Below, one piece after another: positions 27,626 to 32,000 of a stretch of 32,000 bases of DNA (position 1 is the first letter of the stretch; each line of letters begins with the position of its first letter). The notes under the pieces were generated by a model, which was given only the letters and a program-made list of their open reading frames with translations, ran no database searches and was not told the DNA's origin. Where the stretch lies: assembly GCF_014280175.1 (NCBI RefSeq), contig NZ_CP047931.1:990001-1022000 (forward strand), given 5' to 3'. The stretch comes from Synechococcus sp. A15-28 (GTDB lineage Bacteria > Cyanobacteriota > Cyanobacteriia > PCC-6307 > Cyanobiaceae). A program made the translations under genes and the position numbers.

Positions 27626-27850
27626 CCCGCAGAGAAGTGAATCTCTGACGCTTGCCCTTCGCCGATCGCCCCTTCTAACTCCAAAGAGCGAGTGCGACTT
27701 GGTTGATGTTGAAGATTTCAGAGGCTGGTCCAGTGATTTTGTCTCTGGATTGGTCGAACGATTGATTTCCAACCGATGAGGTCTTGGGGAAAACCCCAGG
27801 GAAGAGCTCCATTGAGAATGGCTCTCTTCATCTGATTCCAGATCAGGCAC

Positions 27851-27878
27851 TTGTTCTTTGATTGCGAGATGTTCTAAT
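27851..27878 (+). promoter_or_regulatory. Candidate sigma70-type promoter for cyAbrB
   Basis: TTGTTC (27851-56), 16-nt spacer, TCTAAT (27873-78). This would give a roughly 20-nt leader to ATG 27904. Found by eye only. Confidence 0.25.
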
Positions 27879-27903
27879 GGAGAAGTATGAAATTCCGAAT
27901 GCA

Positions 27904-28284
27904 ATGCTGACTGGTTCCGACCTTCTCAATCGGGTCAAAGAACTTGGTGATATCAGTAAAACTGACCTTGCCAGGGGTTGTGGCTACGTCTCCACCAAAA
28001 AGGACGGCGGCGAGCGAGTCAATTTCACGGCGTTCTACGAGGCTCTTCTGGAAGCCAAGGGGGTCAGCCTGTCCACCGGTGGATCCGCTGGTATTGGTAA
28101 GGGTGGTCGGAAGCTGTCTTACATCGCGACGGTTCAGGGCAACGGAAATCTCCTGGTGGGAAAGGCCTACACCGCAATGTTGAACCTGAATCCTGGAGAT
28201 GAGTTCGAGATAAAGCTTGGCAAGAAAGCGATTCGCCTGATTCCTGTTGGAGGCAGCGAAGAGGACGAGTCCGGCGAAGAGTGA
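27904..28284 (+). CDS. Cyanobacterial AbrB-family transcriptional regulator (cyAbrB; C-terminal AbrB/SpoVT domain)
   Basis: MLTGSDLLNRVKELGDISKTDLARGCGYVSTKKDGGERVNFTAFYEALLEAKG ... NGNLLVGKAYTAMLNLNPGDEFEIKLGKKAIRLIPVG matches my recollection of the cyAbrB family. ATG 27904 is preferred; ATG 27877 and TTG 27862 are also possible. Confidence 0.8.
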   Translation: MLTGSDLLNRVKELGDISKTDLARGCGYVSTKKDGGERVNFTAFYEALLEAKGVSLSTGGSAGIGKGGRKLSYIATVQGNGNLLVGKAYTAMLNLNPGDEFEIKLGKKAIRLIPVGGSEEDESGEE

Positions 28285-28309
28285 TTCCGCGGCAACAAAC
28301 GCCGATGGT

Positions 28310-28344
28310 CCCCTGATTCCTTAAGGTCTCAGGGGATTTCTTTT
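28310..28344 (+). terminator. Rho-independent terminator after cyAbrB
   Basis: Stem CCCCTGA (28310-16) / TCAGGGG (28329-35), 12-nt loop, then ATTTCTTTT. Confidence 0.6.
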
Positions 28345-28350
28345 GAGTCG

Positions 28351-28542
28351 ATGCCTTATCAGCCTTCAAAGGAGCACCTGGATCGACAGATTCCCAAAGC
28401 CGTTAAGGCGATCAACGAAACTTTGAAAAACCTCAGCAAATCCACCGGTGCTGACGAACGGTTTATCAGCTTGATGCTGGATTCTCTAGCTCGACAGTGG
28501 GAGTACAAGAACCCCAGCCGCGAAGGCTTTGGCTTCCGCTAG
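28351..28542 (+). CDS. Hypothetical small protein (63 aa)
   Basis: ATG-initiated ORF MPYQPSKEHLDRQIPKAVKAINETLKNLSKSTGADERFISLMLDSLARQWEYKNPSREGFGFR, predicted helical. Starts 6 nt after the terminator T-tract. No family recognised. Confidence 0.4.
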   Translation: MPYQPSKEHLDRQIPKAVKAINETLKNLSKSTGADERFISLMLDSLARQWEYKNPSREGFGFR

Positions 28543-28581
28543 AGGAAACACCGCTTCGGCTGAAACAGCTTTGCTGGATCG

Positions 28582-28683
28582 TTACAGCAAAAAGAGGAAA
28601 AGCACGATCCATGCCGTTCCAATAAAAAAGATCTTGTCTGGACCTCGATCGATGTCAAACAGTTCGTAGAGCCCTGGATTCAT
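28582..28683 (-). CDS. Candidate 33-aa micro-ORF with a C-terminal hydrophobic helix; speculative
   Basis: My translation: MNPGLYELFDIDRGPDKIFFIGTAWIVLFLFLL*. Below the ORF-track cutoff. Lies in a low-GC gap, and its 3' end sits inside an 8-bp inverted repeat. Confidence 0.2.
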   Translation of the reverse strand: MNPGLYELFDIDRGPDKIFFIGTAWIVLFLFLL

Positions 28684-28861
28684 TGGCACAATTTTTCAAG
28701 GTTTAATCTAATCGCTGCTTGGCTGCATTGTTGTCTGGCCGCCTCGTCGTTGCCAGTGCCCCATGAGGGGGTGAACCCTGAACCTTTCCCCCATCATGAC
28801 GACGCTGAACGATTGGTTTGGCCTGCTGTCAATCTGTTGCTGAGATAACTCCCATCCCCGC

Positions 28862-29263
28862 GTGACCTCTATCAGCGGCAACTACAGCGGGGACCTGCGT
28901 TGTACGTCGGTGCACCGCCCATCGGGATCAGCCCTGGAAACCGATGCTCCTGCAGATAACCAAGGCCGGGGTGAGCGCTTCTCTCCCACCGATTTGGTGG
29001 CAACAGCCCTGAACACCTGCCTCCTGACGATCATGGGGATCGTTGCCGAGCGCCATGGCTGGGATCTCCTGGGCTGCAAAGCCCGTGTTGAGAAGGTGAT
29101 GACCACGGAGCCTCCTCGCAAAATCGCCTGTCTTGAGGTGTGGATCGAGCTCCCTGCTCATCTCGATCCAAAGGCCCGCAGGATTCTTGATAAGGCTGCT
29201 GAGAACTGCCCGGTCAAACTGAGTCTGGAGGCAAGTATTCCGATGATCTTCCACTGGAGCTGA
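28862..29263 (+). CDS. OsmC/Ohr-family peroxiredoxin-like protein
   Basis: 133 aa with a GTG start. LETDAPADNQGRGERFSPTDLVATALNTCLLT and AENCPVKLSL contain the two conserved OsmC cysteines. Confidence 0.85.
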   Translation: MTSISGNYSGDLRCTSVHRPSGSALETDAPADNQGRGERFSPTDLVATALNTCLLTIMGIVAERHGWDLLGCKARVEKVMTTEPPRKIACLEVWIELPAHLDPKARRILDKAAENCPVKLSLEASIPMIFHWS

Positions 29264-29273
29264 GGCTTTCTCA

Positions 29274-29438
29274 ATGGTCCAGGGCCGGTTCATTCATTCC
29301 TTGCGTTCAAGCAAGCGCCGTGCCTGTCGTCGTTGTTCACCGCCCTACCGACCGGTGGATGTGCGTCCTTTGGTGATCTGTCTGCTCATTGCTGTGGCCG
29401 TGTTGATGGGGATTGCTCTGTTGGTTCTGATTGCATAG
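29274..29438 (+). CDS. Candidate 54-aa tail-anchored basic membrane protein; speculative
   Basis: My translation: MVQGRFIHSLRSSKRRACRRCSPPYRPVDVRPLVICLLIAVAVLMGIALLVLIA*. Starts 10 nt after the OsmC stop. Below the ORF-track cutoff. Confidence 0.35.
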   Translation: MVQGRFIHSLRSSKRRACRRCSPPYRPVDVRPLVICLLIAVAVLMGIALLVLIA

Positions 29439-29440
29439 CC

Positions 29441-29470
29441 ATACAAAAAAGCCCCGGCCTTAGCCGGGGC
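29441..29470 (-). terminator. Rho-independent terminator of rpe (minus strand)
   Basis: Stem GCCCCGGC (29451-58) / GCCGGGGC (29463-70), loop CTTA. The plus-strand A6 run (29445-50) gives the U-tract on the minus strand, 26 nt downstream of the rpe stop. Confidence 0.7.
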
Positions 29471-29495
29471 TCCATCAGCAAGCCTGAGGCTTGAA

Positions 29496-30179
29496 TCAGA
29501 CCAGAACCGCCTCTTTGCTGCTGCTGTTGCGGATGCCCTTGATCGCTTCCGCGTAGTCCGGCTGGTTGAACACACCGGAACCGGACACGATGGCGTTGGC
29601 GCCGGCTTCGATCACCTTCCAGGCATTGCCGGCTTTGACGCCACCATCCACTTCGATCCAGGGATCCAAACCACGCTCGTCGCACATGCGGCGCAGGTCG
29701 CGGATCTTCTGAACCTGGTTCTCAATGAAGCTCTGCCCACCGAAGCCGGGGTTCACGCTCATGATCAGCACCAGATCACAGAGCTCGAGGCAGTACTCAA
29801 GGGTGTCGAGGGGGGTGCTTGGGTTCAGCACAGCACCAGCCATTTTGCCGAGATCCTTGATCTGGGCCAGGTTGCGATGCAGGTGTGGGCATGCTTCCAC
29901 CTGAACGGAAATGATGTCAGCGCCGGCCTTGGCGAAGTCAGGAACGTACTTCTCGGGCTCAACAATCATCAAATGAACGTCGAGGGGCTTCTGGGTCACC
30001 GGGCGCAGGGCTTCGACGATCAGAGGTCCGATCGTGATATTGGGGACAAATCGTCCATCCATCACGTCCACATGGATCCAGTCCGCGCCGGCCTCATCCA
30101 CAGACTTCACTTCATCGCCGAGACGGGAGAAATCAGCCGACAGGATCGACGGAGAGATCACCAGGGGCTTGGTGCTCAT
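29496..30179 (-). CDS. rpe: Ribulose-phosphate 3-epimerase
   Basis: [51 protein letters not shown] ... [12 protein letters not shown] is canonical Rpe. It is the C-terminal 227 aa of the chimeric track ORF 29496..31301. Confidence 0.95.
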   Translation of the reverse strand: MSTKPLVISPSILSADFSRLGDEVKSVDEAGADWIHVDVMDGRFVPNITIGPLIVEALRPVTQKPLDVHLMIVEPEKYVPDFAKAGADIISVQVEACPHLHRNLAQIKDLGKMAGAVLNPSTPLDTLEYCLELCDLVLIMSVNPGFGGQSFIENQVQKIRDLRRMCDERGLDPWIEVDGGVKAGNAWKVIEAGANAIVSGSGVFNQPDYAEAIKGIRNSSSKEAVLV

Positions 30180-30332
30180 GGAGAAGGAGCGCGGAATGCG
30201 CGGTGATTTTAGGGACCTCGGCAACCACTGATACAGTGAGCCGCGCTCAGGCGTCGAGATCCATTGCGGCAAGGGCAGATTGCTCTCCCTGATGGAGTCG
30301 CCAGCCCCCTTCACCCCACCATCCGGAGTCCC

Positions 30333-31337
30333 GTGGACCAGACCCTGATTCAGGAAATTCTCGAGGTCGTTGAGCAAGCTGCCATCGCCTCCGCCAAGCT
30401 CTCCGGCAAAGGCCTTAAGAACGAAGCCGACGCCGCTGCAGTGGAAGCCATGCGCAAGCGCATGGGCCAGATCCAGATGCAGGGCCGCATCGTGATCGGT
30501 GAAGGTGAGCGCGACGAAGCTCCGATGCTTTACATCGGTGAAGAAGTCGGCAGTGGCACTGGTCCAGGCGTTGACTTCGCCGTCGACCCCTGCGAAGGCA
30601 CCAACCTCTGCGCCTTCAACCAGCGCGGTTCCATGGCTGTGCTCGCCGCGTCCGACCGCGGTGGTCTGTTCAACGCCCCCGACTTCTACATGAAGAAGCT
30701 GGCCGCACCCCCGGCCGCCAAGGGCAAGGTGGACATCCGCAAGTCCGCCACCGAGAACATCAAGATCCTCAGCGAGTGCCTTGGCCTCGCTGTTGATGAA
30801 CTGACCATCGTTGTGATGGATCGTGCCCGTCACAAGGATCTGATCGCTGAGATCCGCGCCACCGGTGCCCGCATCCAGCCGATCTCCGACGGTGACGTCC
30901 AGGCTGCGATCGCCTGCGGCTTCGCCGGCACCGGAACCCATTGCCTGATGGGCATCGGCGCTGCTCCTGAGGGGGTGATTTCCGCTGCTGCCATGCGTGC
31001 TCTGGGCGGCCACTTCCAGGGTCAGCTGGTGTACGACCCTGCCGTGGCACAGACCTCTGAGTGGGCCGACATGACCAAGGAGGGCAACTTGGCTCGCCTG
31101 GCGGAAATGGGCATCACAGATCCCGACAAGGTTTATGAGGCCGAGGAGCTGGCCTGTGGTGAGCACGTTTGTTTCGCTGGCAGCGGCATCACGGATGGCC
31201 TGCTGTTCCACGGGGTTAAGTTCGAACGCGATTGCACGCGGACCAGCAGCCTGGTGATCAGCAACTTGGATGACACCTGCCGCTTCACCAACACCGTGCA
31301 CATCAAGGACGGCGCCCAGAGCATTGCTCTGAGCTGA
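30333..31337 (+). CDS. glpX: Class II fructose-1,6-/sedoheptulose-1,7-bisphosphatase
   Basis: (GTG)[26 protein letters not shown]...[11 protein letters not shown]...[16 protein letters not shown] is GlpX-type. GTG 30333 is preferred over the upstream track start 30264. Confidence 0.9.
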   Translation: MDQTLIQEILEVVEQAAIASAKLSGKGLKNEADAAAVEAMRKRMGQIQMQGRIVIGEGERDEAPMLYIGEEVGSGTGPGVDFAVDPCEGTNLCAFNQRGSMAVLAASDRGGLFNAPDFYMKKLAAPPAAKGKVDIRKSATENIKILSECLGLAVDELTIVVMDRARHKDLIAEIRATGARIQPISDGDVQAAIACGFAGTGTHCLMGIGAAPEGVISAAAMRALGGHFQGQLVYDPAVAQTSEWADMTKEGNLARLAEMGITDPDKVYEAEELACGEHVCFAGSGITDGLLFHGVKFERDCTRTSSLVISNLDDTCRFTNTVHIKDGAQSIALS

Positions 31338-31368
31338 TCGTCACGTTTCGGTTGAAAGGAGAGTCTCC

Positions 31369-32000
31369 ATGCACATTGCCGTTGTCGGCCTCAGTTATCG
31401 CACGGCACCGGTGGAGATCCGGGAACGGCTCAGCATCCCTGAGCAGACCATGGAGACCTCCCTTCAATCGCTTCGAGGTCACGAACAGGTGCTGGAGGCG
31501 TCGATCCTCAGCACCTGCAATCGCCTGGAGATCTATACCCTCGTCCGGAATCCCGATCTCGGTGTTTCTGCGGTCAGTGAATTCCTGAGCGGTCACTCCG
31601 GTCTCGCTACAGGAGATCTGACACCTCATCTCTTCAACTATCACCACGAAGACGCAGTCGATCACCTGATGCGGGTGGCCGCTGGTCTCGACAGCCTTGT
31701 GGTGGGTGAAGGCCAGATCCTCTCCCAGGTCAAGAAAATGATGCGCCTGGGGCAGGAGCACAAGTCCCTTGGCCCGATTCTCAACCGCCTGCTGACGCAG
31801 GCCGTCAGCACCGGAAAACGGGTGCGTAGTGAGACCAATCTCGGCACCGGTGCCGTGTCGATCAGTTCAGCTGCCGTGGAGCTGGCGCAGTTGAAACTCG
31901 GCCAGTCCCGCGGTCAGGATCAGTTGGTCACGCTGGAAAGCGAGCAGATCGCTGTCGTTGGAGCGGGGCGCATGAGTCGCCTGTTGCTGCAGCATCTGCA
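31369..32000 (+). CDS. hemA: Glutamyl-tRNA reductase; partial, continues past the window end
   Basis: My translation: MHIAVVGLSYRTAPVEIRERLSIPEQ...HLMRVAAGLDSLVVGEGQILSQVK. AAAGGAGAG Shine-Dalgarno-like sequence about 8 nt upstream. No stop in the window, so it is absent from the ORF track. Confidence 0.9.
   Translation, partial: MHIAVVGLSYRTAPVEIRERLSIPEQTMETSLQSLRGHEQVLEASILSTCNRLEIYTLVRNPDLGVSAVSEFLSGHSGLATGDLTPHLFNYHHEDAVDHLMRVAAGLDSLVVGEGQILSQVKKMMRLGQEHKSLGPILNRLLTQAVSTGKRVRSETNLGTGAVSISSAAVELAQLKLGQSRGQDQLVTLESEQIAVVGAGRMSRLLLQHL

Noticed and set aside
27745-27775. GGTCGAACG segment that looks a little like a tRNA T-arm (GGTTCGAA).
   Set aside because: No acceptor stem, D-arm or anticodon arm can be built around it, so it is not a tRNA or tRNA fragment.
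27558-27779. 73-aa plus-strand ORF spanning the ccsA 3' end and the downstream spacer.
   Set aside because: It overlaps ccsA out of frame for its first third. It has no start context or recognisable features and runs through the predicted hairpins, so it is probably a chance ORF.
27904-28542. AbrB-fold protein followed by a small ORF, considered as a possible type II toxin-antitoxin pair (MazE/VapB-like antitoxin plus toxin).
   Set aside because: The first protein matches the cyAbrB transcription-factor architecture: a cyanobacteria-specific N-terminal domain with the AbrB domain at the C-terminus. An intrinsic terminator separates the two ORFs, and the 63-aa protein has no PIN, MazF or other toxin-like motifs.
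30906-30913. HIP1 palindrome GCGATCGC, the highly iterated palindrome of many cyanobacteria.
   Set aside because: Scanning by eye I found only this one exact copy in 32 kb, so there is no enrichment. This fits marine Synechococcus/Prochlorococcus lineages and is not a feature in itself.
30180-31301. N-terminal 374 aa of the 601-aa minus-strand track ORF that ends as rpe.
   Set aside because: Rpe homology begins at MSTKPLV (30179). The upstream part is antisense to glpX and has no recognisable motifs.
1-32000. Search for CRISPR arrays, IS elements, integrases, phage genes and defence-system signatures.
   Set aside because: I saw no regularly spaced direct repeats, terminal inverted repeats, or transposase, integrase or nuclease-like ORFs. 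All large ORFs are explained by housekeeping families.

Overview
The window looks like core chromosome from a high-GC marine picocyanobacterium, most likely Synechococcus subcluster 5.1. The evidence is pcyA, chlP, ccsA, a cyAbrB regulator and the conserved rpe-glpX-hemA arrangement, plus near absence of the HIP1 palindrome (organism assignment is inference). Coding density is very high and most genes are housekeeping: a tandem M16 peptidase pair, pcyA, a DevBCA-type ABC exporter, a GT2 glycosyltransferase, rpsB-tsf, recG, a VanX-like dipeptidase, sir, glyS, chlP, a VanY-like peptidase, a large U32-family protein, typA, an lptA-like/lptB/lptFG cluster, ccsA, rpe, glpX and hemA. Many gene pairs have overlapping stop/start codons (ATGA, TGATG, GTGA, TTGA), which suggests translational coupling. 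I saw no tRNA, rRNA, CRISPR array, transposase, integrase or recognisable defence system. The only accessory-looking stretch is the lower-GC islet at about 27.6-29.5 kb between ccsA and rpe. It holds cyAbrB, OsmC, several sub-65-aa ORFs (three below the ORF-track cutoff), stacked hairpins and a Yfr2-like GGAAACA motif. Other points worth a second look are the U32 protein, which carries the UbiU/UbiV-type Fe-S cysteine signature, a strongly basic 51-aa ORF missed by the ORF track, and start-codon or overlap anomalies at devB, sir/glyS and ddpX/sir. The many long ORFs antisense to real genes are high-GC artefacts. I found no compelling novel multi-gene system, and all function calls rest on motifs recognised by eye, not database searches.
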